Shown here one piece after another: positions 16,835 to 24,799 of a stretch of DNA of 64,000 bases. The stretch is taken from the IMG/VR virus record IMGVR_UViG_3300045988_020586; one strand, written 5' to 3'. Both the position numbers and the translations under genes were made by a program. The stretch is from a virus. The notes under the pieces are model-generated. The model saw only the letters and a list, made by a program, of their open reading frames with translations, searched no databases and was not told where the DNA came from. Every line of letters begins with the position of its first letter. Position 1 is the stretch's first letter.

Positions 16835-17211
16835 TTACGTACAAATTTAATTTTATAACGAACAATAGACGTAATTACGCCATTTCTCAATCTAATACCA
16901 AGTGTTGGCTCAATAGAGAATTGCTTGCACGTATTGATGTAATCAACAACACTCTTTGAGATTGGGATAATCTCTGAGAATCCTGCTGACTTATCAATGT
17001 ATGCAGCCATATACTTAACGGTTTTGCCGTTAGAACTAGGTTGTTGTACTATTTGCTTAATACATTCAACCTTACAGATCATAGTATCAATCGCTGCTTT
17101 TTGCTGCGCGTGACACTTTGAGGTCAGGAGTAGTAATAATATTATTACAACTACTGCTATCAGTGGGCCAGGATTGTTTTTGTCCGGCTTCTCGTATAAT
17201 CTTACAGCCAT
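16831..17211 (-). CDS. hypothetical membrane-anchored/secreted protein (126 aa)
   Basis: ORF track; hydrophobic segment LIAVVVIILLLLLTS. Confidence 0.65.
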   Translation of the reverse strand: MAVRLYEKPDKNNPGPLIAVVVIILLLLLTSKCHAQQKAAIDTMICKVECIKQIVQQPSSNGKTVKYMAAYIDKSAGFSEIIPISKSVVDYINTCKQFSIEPTLGIRLRNGVITSIVRYKIKFVRK

Positions 17212-17217
17212 TTTTTA

Positions 17218-17598
17218 TCATCCTTTAGTAATTTCACAAATACATCCTACAGATTCAAGATCGGCCTTCATATTATGAATGTAAGATTCGTCGAAGGACT
17301 GAGATAACAACACTTCTTCGCTTTCAACAGACGCATCCATAATAGCTTTTGCTTTTCCCAAAGAAATACTAAGCTGTGCTGATAACTCTCTTGCCGTACT
17401 CAATTTATTATCATTTTTTACTTTATTCAAGTATAAATAATAAGTGGTTCGTACAGGCCCTTTGTTGACTTTCTCTTCCATCTCCATAGATGATACTAAT
17501 GCTAACAACAAATTAACATTATGTCTCATCTCTTTTACACCAGAGCATTCTGTCTGAATCTTGATCTTTCCATCGTTCTGGATAGTAACATTCAACAT
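17218..17598 (-). CDS. hypothetical protein (126 aa)
   Basis: ORF track; ATG; TGA. Confidence 0.65.
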   Translation of the reverse strand: MLNVTIQNDGKIKIQTECSGVKEMRHNVNLLLALVSSMEMEEKVNKGPVRTTYYLYLNKVKNDNKLSTARELSAQLSISLGKAKAIMDASVESEEVLLSQSFDESYIHNMKADLESVGCICEITKG

Positions 17599-17602
17599 AA
17601 GT

Positions 17603-17860
17603 TCAATGAATCGTTAAAAATTTAACACTTGTCTTGCCAGCTCCTGGAACATTTGCATGCTTGTTATTAATATAACTTCTCAAAGTGTTCTCAAGGGACT
17701 TAGCATTGACCTTACTTAACCCAGAAGAGAGGATCATTGTAGATCCTCCCTCTTTAGCAACTACCTTGTAGTTAAGATACTCAGCATCAGGTTTCCCTTT
17801 TGCTGACTGTGGCTTAACTGCTTGGTTATGCGTCTGCTTGTGTTTCTTCTGACTCATCAT
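17603..17860 (-). CDS. hypothetical basic protein (85 aa)
   Basis: ORF track; ATG; TGA. Confidence 0.55.
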   Translation of the reverse strand: MMSQKKHKQTHNQAVKPQSAKGKPDAEYLNYKVVAKEGGSTMILSSGLSKVNAKSLENTLRSYINNKHANVPGAGKTSVKFLTIH

Positions 17861-18242
17861 CTACATGAATAAATGGTTTGCAATCCATTCCGATGTTCTT
17901 GATAGTCTCAGGCTCACTGAGCTTTTCTTCCGCAATGCTGCTGATAGCAGCGGCAATATGTACAAGATGGTTCAGATGAGTGATACCATTGAACTTTCCA
18001 GCTACTTCAACTGTCACATTAATACTCTGCTCCCCAGTCTCCTGGTTCTTCGTAACTCCAATCCCATTAAGAATTGGAACATACTTCTCGAACTTGGTCT
18101 CCACATAACTTGGAGAGTCAAGATCAACGTGGTTAGGAGACAGTATACAAGACACTGTCACAATTGTTGTAGCACCATCAGCAAAAATAGCTGTTTCAAA
18201 CTTTGGGTAATCATTATCCACCAACTTATTTAAAATGTTCAT
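17826..18242 (-). CDS. hypothetical protein (138 aa)
   Basis: ORF track; ATG preceded by the TTATCAAAATT leader; overlaps the next gene by 35 nt. Confidence 0.7.
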   Translation of the reverse strand: MNILNKLVDNDYPKFETAIFADGATTIVTVSCILSPNHVDLDSPSYVETKFEKYVPILNGIGVTKNQETGEQSINVTVEVAGKFNGITHLNHLVHIAAAISSIAEEKLSEPETIKNIGMDCKPFIHVDDESEETQADA

Positions 18243-18369
18243 AATTTTGATAATTTAAACATTATTTACTTGTATAGGACTACTTCTCACCTATACTTGA
18301 GTTTTGTGTTCCATCTGTAATTCGGTTTCCCTTTGGAGGCTTTGGACTCCCTACGGCTACATTAAACAC

Positions 18370-18618
18370 TTAGGGTTGATGCAACTCAACCCTTATGTTT
18401 TTAATTAATCTAAAATAGCACCAATGTAAGTTATGAAGACAATACTTACACCAGTCTTTTTGTTCATGAAAATTTAAATCGCACATGTAACAATCTGTAA
18501 AACTAGATTTATTTTTCACAATTCTAAATACATTCTTACAAATTGTAATCAATTGCCCTGGTTTATAATTCTTATGAGTACCAGATGTCTTCTGTGTGGT
18601 CTTCTTTTTCAAATTCAT
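18370..18618 (-). CDS. small Cys-rich protein (82 aa)
   Basis: ORF track; CxxC-type spacing; N-terminal half resembles CDS 16191..16385. Confidence 0.55.
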   Translation of the reverse strand: MNLKKKTTQKTSGTHKNYKPGQLITICKNVFRIVKNKSSFTDCYMCDLNFHEQKDWCKYCLHNLHWCYFRLIKNIRVELHQP

Positions 18619-18626
18619 TCATACAC

Positions 18627-18920
18627 TTACTTGTTAATTAAGTTGTCTACTTTGGATTTTGCTTCTAAGTAATCACTACCATAATCTGTTGCAAGATCTG
18701 TATCCATAAGATCAAGATTATGTGTTCCATTGAGAGAGTCAAGCAATGTTTCGACACATGTATAGTATCTTTCATATGCTTCTATCTTTTTCTCTGCTTT
18801 TTTGCCCTTACCTGTATGGTAATTTGACATAAAGCAGGCACCCACAAAGCAGCCTAATACTGCTCCTACTAACAATAAATTCATGTTGTCCATAAAACGA
18901 TGTACTTTATTCTTTTCCAT
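18627..18920 (-). CDS. small membrane protein (97 aa)
   Basis: ORF track; TM segment LLLVGAVLGCFVGACF. Confidence 0.6.
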   Translation of the reverse strand: MEKNKVHRFMDNMNLLLVGAVLGCFVGACFMSNYHTGKGKKAEKKIEAYERYYTCVETLLDSLNGTHNLDLMDTDLATDYGSDYLEAKSKVDNLINK

Positions 18921-18952
18921 ATATATAATTATTGATTAATATACATAATAAA

Positions 18953-18982
18953 AACGTGCCTATCTTCACAGACCAGCACGTT
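18953..18982. repeat. Family B conserved-loop hairpin, copy B1
   Basis: Stem AACGTGC/GCACGTT (7 bp); loop CTATCTTCACAGACCA (16 nt). Confidence 0.65.
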
Positions 18983-19460
18983 GAGCATCGAAATAAAACC
19001 TACGTCACTTAGTAAAAGATGATGTAAGAAAATCGGTATGGTAAAAAACAAATTGAAGTGGTTACTGGACTCGAACCGTCGCTATGTTGCGCTTTACTAT
19101 AGCCAAGTACAATATCCATATAATGCATTTGTACATAGTATACCCTCTTGCTTTAGCAAGTGTATAATAACCACTATCCGTCTCTCCAGATTGTCATAGA
19201 GACTGGGTCTACATTTGACAGATTGCACCTTTTGCAAATAGGCTGTAGTTACCGTATCTCAGTTTTACACGTAAACCTATTGCCTATAGACGACTCACCC
19301 TCTGTGTTCTACAATCGACATCTTATAGCTTTGCAAGTACCATAAGCACGTGTTGTAGTCATGGGCTTGGGACCATGAACGCCACATTACTGCCTACGAT
19401 TTATCACGTTAGCGTAGGCGCTCCGTCATCCTAGTTTATATACCGCATGAGATAACGGTT

Positions 19461-19492
19461 TAATACAACTATCTTCACAGACCATTGTATTA
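19461..19492. repeat. Family B conserved-loop hairpin, copy B2
   Basis: Stem TAATACAA/TTGTATTA (8 bp); identical 16-nt loop. Confidence 0.65.
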
Positions 19493-19609
19493 TGAGGTCT
19501 ATTCGCGCTTTGAGTAATGAATCAGACTACACCATGATGCAACATGTGTAGTTTCGTCTAGGTCTCATCAGTGATGATTTTAGACTCTCCCTAGCTGAGT
19601 TTAAATAAA

Positions 19610-19641
19610 ACATACCACTATCTTCACAGACCATGGTATGT
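19610..19641. repeat. Family B conserved-loop hairpin, copy B3
   Basis: Stem ACATACCA/TGGTATGT (8 bp); identical 16-nt loop. Confidence 0.65.
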
Positions 19642-19791
19642 GCCAAACCTATTGTTGTTACACTTAACAACTACAACCTACATCCTAACTAAAAAACCTG
19701 ACATTTATTTGATTATTATACGTCTTTATTTGTCTTTCCAAATGCCAACGCTTATTTATACTCTTGCGTATAGAGTTATGTTATTATACAT

Positions 19792-19980
19792 TTAATCAAA
19801 AATGTAATATACTAACACCTTGTTTGCAGCCTTTACATACGAAATACAAGGTATATTCAATGATGAAGCAAACTTGTCTGCTAAATCATTGCCATCAAAC
19901 ATTATCTCGACACCAAATTCTGTTATTAAACAGTTTTGGATATCTTTGTTTGCTGCTCCATTCTCAATTATTGCTTTCAT
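19792..19980 (-). CDS. hypothetical protein (62 aa)
   Basis: ORF track; ATG; TAA; isolated between two ORF-free tracts. Confidence 0.45.
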   Translation of the reverse strand: MKAIIENGAANKDIQNCLITEFGVEIMFDGNDLADKFASSLNIPCISYVKAANKVLVYYIFD

Positions 19981-20354
19981 ATTGATTATGTTTTTATTAC
20001 CGATTTAAAAGTGTTCGTCTGTTCCGAACTGCCAACACAAGTCTTGTCTTGTGATTAATTTACTTTCCAAGATGTCTGTTACTAATTTTTATGTGCTATA
20101 TGTAACAATATATACACAAGTATTTTTGTAGAAAAACACAAAACTATTTATCTCATACTATTTGCTCGGTTATGATAAATAGTTTACCGAACAAAGCTTC
20201 TATAATGATTACACAACTAATTTGTCCTTCGTAATAACTTGTATTACGAAATTAGTTTCCATGTTGTTATAGAAGCAATTAAGTTTACACATCTACGCAA
20301 TGTGCATAAAAGCTATATATTAAAACAGCCTATTTGAGCTGTTACGTAGAATTT

Positions 20355-20396
20355 TTCTGAAAAAAGGGGTTTGGGAGATTGTTTTACCAATCCCCA
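20355..20396 (-). terminator. Rho-independent-like terminator after CDS 20403..20921
   Basis: Reverse strand TGGGGATTG-GTAAAA-CAATC(T)CCCA followed by AACCCCTTTTTT. Confidence 0.55.
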
Positions 20397-20402
20397 TCCC
20401 CA

Positions 20403-20921
20403 CTAGTCTTCGTCGTCTGTTGAGTAGTCGAAATTGTCGCTTATCATATCAGCCAGGCGGACTTTTAGTTTCTTTACTTCTGCTTGCTCATCATCAACAT
20501 TGCCAAGGTAAGTATTGGCAAGGCTTGAGTAAGTGTGCTCCCCGTCAGTGATTGATTTTTCTTTTCCGTCAGTAAGTTCAGAAATTGTGTAATCAAACGT
20601 GCTAAAGCGCGCCTTTTTACCTACAAACTTTGCGGACAATTCTTTTAACGCTTCATCCTGTGCCTTTTCTGTATGCTTATTACCTTCTAGCACTCTATCA
20701 AAATTAAGAATGCAAGAATAAGACTTTCCGACAACTGCGCCGGCATCAGCGAAAGCCGCCAAAGAAAGGAAATCTTTATCCTCCTTATTATCGGAAGAAT
20801 TAGAAATTGCGTAAGTTACACGCAATGCTACTCTGAATGTTTCGTTATCCTCATTAAATGAGTATAACTTTTCATTGAGTGATACGCTGTTAATTACAGC
20901 GATTTCGTTAACTTTTTTCAT
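20403..20921 (-). CDS. hypothetical protein (172 aa) with acidic C-terminal tail (SSB-like tail; speculative)
   Basis: Track ORF 20403..21044 starts at TTG; trimmed to the first ATG (MKKVNEIAV...). Ends ...DNFDYSTDDED; stop codon is TAG. Confidence 0.65.
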   Translation of the reverse strand: MKKVNEIAVINSVSLNEKLYSFNEDNETFRVALRVTYAISNSSDNKEDKDFLSLAAFADAGAVVGKSYSCILNFDRVLEGNKHTEKAQDEALKELSAKFVGKKARFSTFDYTISELTDGKEKSITDGEHTYSSLANTYLGNVDDEQAEVKKLKVRLADMISDNFDYSTDDED

Positions 20922-21080
20922 GTGCTTTGAGTTTTTAATGTGAATAAATTGTGTTTTGTCTTGGGGGGATATCCCAATCCGAAAGTATATACCGGGGTGT
21001 GATTCATTGCTGTTTCTCGTCTTTACACATTTATCACAATTCAAAAAAAATCAAAAAAATATTTTTCTTACGTCCAAACA

Positions 21081-21109
21081 ACAAAAAAGCCGAGGCGTAA
21101 ACCCCGGCT
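21081..21109 (-). terminator. Rho-independent-like terminator
   Basis: Reverse strand AGCCGGGG-TTTACG-CC(T)CGGCT followed by TTTTTTGT. Confidence 0.55.
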
Positions 21110-21281
21110 AATTAGCTTTTGCATTTTACTTTATACGCACATATATATACGTTTTAACTGCTCTAAATCCTTGAATATATCCAGATGTTCTGCTTCTTTA
21201 ACTATCATGCCAACAAGGAAGAAATCAAATAATTTACACAGATGTAGTGTATAATCGTGATAAATTACGCACGGAAGACGC

Positions 21282-21701
21282 TTATTTTGCTATGTTGAAA
21301 TCTTCGTTGTTTTTAGAATCATCTTCTGCATAATCTTCGCATTCTACTTCTTTTACAAGTATTTGTCTACCTCCCTTATGGCCCCTAGGAACATATCCCG
21401 ATCCAAGCTGATCATGTATAATCTCTGTTACAGTCTTCTGTTTCTTAGGCTTTAAAGTATTTTGCATAGTAGGCGTAGAGTCTATCTCGCCATTCTCTAC
21501 TATAGATTCGTAATCGGTATATAAAGGAGAACTTACATCCTCAAACTTCTTAAAGAAATCCTTTACTTCGCGCATGTATTTGTGACCTTCTCTCTCATAT
21601 AATACCGAATCTATCCATGCGCCATCAAAATCGTTTTTAAATTTTCCAATTCCAAGGTATTTGTAGTCTTTACCTTTATATCTGTATATATAATCTTCCA
21701 T
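21282..21701 (-). CDS. hypothetical protein (139 aa)
   Basis: ORF track; ATG; TAA. Confidence 0.7.
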   Translation of the reverse strand: MEDYIYRYKGKDYKYLGIGKFKNDFDGAWIDSVLYEREGHKYMREVKDFFKKFEDVSSPLYTDYESIVENGEIDSTPTMQNTLKPKKQKTVTEIIHDQLGSGYVPRGHKGGRQILVKEVECEDYAEDDSKNNEDFNIAK

Positions 21702-21754
21702 TACCTTGTCTCCTTATTAGCAATTTTTAACCTATTTATCTATCTCTAGAAATA

Positions 21755-22030
21755 CTATTCTGCATCTGCAGTATTATGTTCGGCTTTATCTGGCTCAATA
21801 CCAGGAGTGCATCCAGTGCCAATAATGTCTCCGATTCTATCAAGTGTAGTAGATCTATCTGGCTCTGCGAGTCTTATAAACTCAGATGCTTCCATCATTT
21901 TGTATACTCCACGGTATTTGTAGAGTATGGTATCTACCAATTTTCCAGAAGCTAATTGAAATTGACCGGTGCCGATATATATTACTTTTACATCACTATT
22001 TCTATTTAATATAAATCTATCATTCTCCAT
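21755..22030 (-). CDS. hypothetical protein (91 aa)
   Basis: ORF track; the N-terminal region resembles that of 21282..21701 (KY.GIG.F / Y.GTGQF); stop codon is TAG. Confidence 0.6.
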   Translation of the reverse strand: MENDRFILNRNSDVKVIYIGTGQFQLASGKLVDTILYKYRGVYKMMEASEFIRLAEPDRSTTLDRIGDIIGTGCTPGIEPDKAEHNTADAE

Positions 22031-22035
22031 ACACG

Positions 22036-22356
22036 TTATTTCTTTAAATTAGCAATCTTTAATCTAATTGACAATAGCTTCTTATTAACATTCTTGTCGT
22101 TCTTGATCAATCTCTTTGCCACAGTTATGTATTTAATGATCTTTACGACAGGGATTGCAAGTTTTATTCCAATAAGAGAAATAGCTGCCCATAAAGGTAG
22201 AATTGCAAAGCATACGTACAATAGTATCGCCCAAAATGCCAAGTTTAGCATACTTACTGTAACACTTTTAGCATTCATAGCCTTACATACATTATCAAAT
22301 ATCTCCTTTTCATCTGCGTTTAATTCGTTTCTAATCTCATATATATCTACTAACAT
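22036..22356 (-). CDS. membrane protein (106 aa)
   Basis: ORF track; TM stretch AFWAILLYVCFAILPLWAAISLIGIKLAIPVV. Confidence 0.65.
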   Translation of the reverse strand: MLVDIYEIRNELNADEKEIFDNVCKAMNAKSVTVSMLNLAFWAILLYVCFAILPLWAAISLIGIKLAIPVVKIIKYITVAKRLIKNDKNVNKKLLSIRLKIANLKK

Positions 22357-22373
22357 ATTTTAATCTCCTATTT

Positions 22374-22637
22374 TTAAAATCTCCACCATCTAGTAGTCTC
22401 TTTCTTTAATTCATTGAGACACGTCTCATATTTGTCTTTCCAATAACTAGTGTGCTCTTCCTGGCGTGCCAACTGTCTCTGCAGCAGTGTTATCTGAGCA
22501 TCTCTAGCTTCTAACGCACTCTCATTATCTATTGACTTACTATTCTGTACAAGCTTTTCGTAATCTTTTCTATCTAGAATTACATAATCCCTAAGCTGTC
22601 TAATCAATTGAACTAAGTCTAATTCCTTCGTCTCCAT
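22374..22637 (-). CDS. hypothetical protein (87 aa)
   Basis: ORF track; ATG; TAA. Confidence 0.6.
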   Translation of the reverse strand: METKELDLVQLIRQLRDYVILDRKDYEKLVQNSKSIDNESALEARDAQITLLQRQLARQEEHTSYWKDKYETCLNELKKETTRWWRF

Positions 22638-22657
22638 ATATAATATCCAATAACATT

Positions 22658-22888
22658 TTAGTTGTTTCGGGATAATCCGAGAACATCTTTATCATCTATT
22701 CTGCTATCCCCGAACACTTCTTTAAATTTGTAGAACTCTCCTTTTTCATCAAGCTGCAGCGCTAATTGTAATATCTGTCTCGTTGGTGCTGCTTCCTCTC
22801 CTAGATTTTCTAGTTCCTTCAGTAATGTCTGATACGCATCCCTCTGTCCTGGATCCATCTTTTCCTGTCTCTTCATCTTCTGTGTCAT
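22658..22888 (-). CDS. hypothetical protein (76 aa)
   Basis: ORF track; helical-looking sequence; its 5' 140 nt overlap ORF 22749..23087 in another frame. Confidence 0.55.
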   Translation of the reverse strand: MTQKMKRQEKMDPGQRDAYQTLLKELENLGEEAAPTRQILQLALQLDEKGEFYKFKEVFGDSRIDDKDVLGLSRNN

Positions 22889-23087
22889 TTAAAGCGTTTG
22901 TACCCATTTTTACTTTCTTTTTGAAGTTGTCATATCTTTCAATAACTTCATCAGCTGCCACATCCTTATCCTTAGGATCGTTTGGGTTATATAATACTTC
23001 TACTGGCCCAAAGCTTTTTAATATCTCTAGAAGCTCTTTGAAGTCCTCTTCATCTGCTCCGTCATTAAGTACTTGCATTGTTTCCAT
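22749..23087 (-). CDS. hypothetical acidic protein (112 aa; C-terminal third doubtful)
   Basis: ORF track. The N-terminal 65 aa look protein-like; the tail overlapping 22658..22888 is low-complexity. Confidence 0.5.
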   Translation of the reverse strand: METMQVLNDGADEEDFKELLEILKSFGPVEVLYNPNDPKDKDVAADEVIERYDNFKKKVKMGTNALNDTEDEETGKDGSRTEGCVSDITEGTRKSRRGSSTNETDITISAAA

Positions 23088-23174
23088 CTTTTTGGATTAT
23101 TTTGTCTGTATTCTTTTATAGCTTTCCCTATAAAGGTACACGCTTCGATAGGCGTGAGTACAATTGGTTTTGGG

Positions 23175-23462
23175 TTAAGCTGCGATCGTCTCATTTGCTT
23201 CGTTTAAAGCGTTTACAACTTCAGCTTTGGTAGTCTTTGTTTTAGACTGCTCAATAAGCTTTTGTACAAGTTCGTCCTTATGAGGATTACCTTTTTGTGC
23301 ATACATGTGCATAAGGATTGCTGTAGCACTTGCAAACTCTCTAGAGTTTTTGTCAAGTGTGTCTATAAGTTCCTCAAGTTCTTCAATTGTATATTTTCCT
23401 GGCTTATGCAAGAACTTTCCATCTTTGTCGTACAGGTTACTATTTTTGCTAATTTTTCCCAT
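23175..23462 (-). CDS. hypothetical protein (95 aa)
   Basis: ORF track; ATG; TAA. Confidence 0.6.
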   Translation of the reverse strand: MGKISKNSNLYDKDGKFLHKPGKYTIEELEELIDTLDKNSREFASATAILMHMYAQKGNPHKDELVQKLIEQSKTKTTKAEVVNALNEANETIAA

Positions 23463-23556
23463 TATTACTTACTCCTTTAAGTATTACCCAACCAGCTGTA
23501 ACAGCTATTATTGGGATGATTAAAAATATAGTTATTATATCAAATGGATTCATCAT
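23449..23556 (-). CDS. possible 35-aa single-TM peptide
   Basis: Own translation MMNPFDIITIFLIIPIIAVTAGWVILKGVSNNGKN; stop is TAG; overlaps the start of 23175..23462. Confidence 0.3.
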   Translation of the reverse strand: MMNPFDIITIFLIIPIIAVTAGWVILKGVSNNGKN

Positions 23557-23633
23557 TGTCTGGTTCATAAAACCCTAATCTTCTTCCGTTTTTCTCGGCT
23601 CTTTCTATTATTTCCGCAGCTCTTAAAAAGTCT

Positions 23634-24089
23634 TTATCTTTTGCTATTTTGCTCAGCATGGGCTATGTATTTTGTGCACTCTTCCTCTATAATTTCACCA
23701 TCGTCGTTACGTGTTAAATGTGTGTATTTCATCTTTGATCTGTTGAATTTAAACGCTCTAAACGCCTTATCTCGCTCCTATTTGTCATCATATCTATGGA
23801 TGTATTTCATCATTTGTGTAGCATTTACAGATCCTGCTACCCCAAGATTACATAGGTTTTTAATAAAGCTCATAGCCCCGTCTTCTCCAAACTTATGCTT
23901 TAGCATACTATACTCTTTAAGGCTCTTCTAGAACCACTAATTGTCTATATCGTATACTGGATCTTGCTCAACAATATATGCTATATTTATTGGCACACCG
24001 TGCACAAAGAAGTATTTGCACTACTATGTACAAGGTTTATTTTGATATTGTAGAGATAAGAAGTCAGCGTAATATAGTACGGCGCTCAT
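23634..24089 (-). CDS. hypothetical protein (151 aa) readable only with TAG as sense (5 in-frame TAG)
   Basis: Codon-by-codon check from ATG 24089..24087 to TAA 23636..23634 gives 152 codons with no TAA or TGA. TAG at codons 22, 23, 51, 54 and 104. Not in the ORF track. Confidence 0.6.
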
Positions 24090-24100
24090 CTCAAACTAAT

Positions 24101-24496
24101 TCATACTTTACTTGCTGTTTTGTTTACACACTCTGTAAAGTATCCAATCAAGTATGCGAATACCTCGTTAGTATCTTCAGAGAGATTTATATGACACGAT
24201 TCTAGTATATCTACAGCCGCATGAAATGACTCGTGAGCAAACGTGTTTACATCATTATAATCATTCCAGATCTTGTTTACTACTATGATTTCGCAATCTT
24301 CGTCCGTTGATTTATCATATGCTCCATTTACTGTATAAGCCGTATATTTAGAATATTCACCATCGCATATAGATGATTCATCTTGTCTAAATGCAAATCT
24401 TTTATCTATTACAGACTTATCTGGGTTAACTATAACGAATAAACTAAACCCATATACTGTATTGTATTCGTCTATTATACACTTCTTTTTATCCAT
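24101..24496 (-). CDS. small HExxH-motif protein (putative Zn-metallopeptidase-like), first gene of the leftward arm
   Basis: ORF track; 131 aa; motif FAHESFHAAVDIL. Confidence 0.6.
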   Translation of the reverse strand: MDKKKCIIDEYNTVYGFSLFVIVNPDKSVIDKRFAFRQDESSICDGEYSKYTAYTVNGAYDKSTDEDCEIIVVNKIWNDYNDVNTFAHESFHAAVDILESCHINLSEDTNEVFAYLIGYFTECVNKTASKV

Positions 24497-24507
24497 ACTA
24501 TTCTTAT

Positions 24508-24597
24508 TAGTCTTACTATTATTGTTAAGCTTATATATAGCTCTACTATACTGTAATAGCTTATTATACTATATAGTCTTACTATACTGTAATAGCT
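24508..24597. repeat. Direct repeats in the divergent intergenic region
   Basis: ACTATACTGTAATAGCT at 24545-24561 and 24581-24597; TAGTCTTACTAT at 24508-24519 and 24574-24585. Confidence 0.6.
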
Positions 24598-24799
24598 GTA
24601 CTACTAAAGTAGATCTCCTAAAGAGAATATATAAGAGAAAGGGTTCTTAGTCTGACTAACCCCTACTATCCCCCTAACGCAAAAAAGCTAAAAAAGTTGC
24701 ATATTGAATAGAAAAGTGCAATTTATATAAAATTTTTATGCAGTTTGCAACCATTCTTACAAAAGTTTACGTTATGACGGCGTAAAACAATTAAATTTA

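Larger units (their letters stand above)
18921..19791. other. 0.87-kb ORF-free structured tract containing the three family B hairpins
   Basis: No credible ORF; the + ORFs 19160..19345 and 19764..19985 look spurious. Many local helices, e.g. TCATGG-GCTTGGGA-CCATGA, CCTACG..CGTAGG, CTTGC-TTTA-GCAAG. Confidence 0.5.

Noticed and set aside
20922-21044. N-terminal 41-codon extension of ORF 20403..21044
   Set aside because: The extension starts at TTG and its sequence (MNCDKCVKTRNSNESHPGIYF..) is unlike the rest of the protein. The first ATG (20921) gives a sensible start.
24462-24650. Forward ORF in the divergent intergenic region
   Set aside because: Its translation is poly-Leu repeat text (..LLYCNSLLYYIVLLYCNS..) generated by the direct DNA repeats. 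It overlaps the start of the reverse gene.
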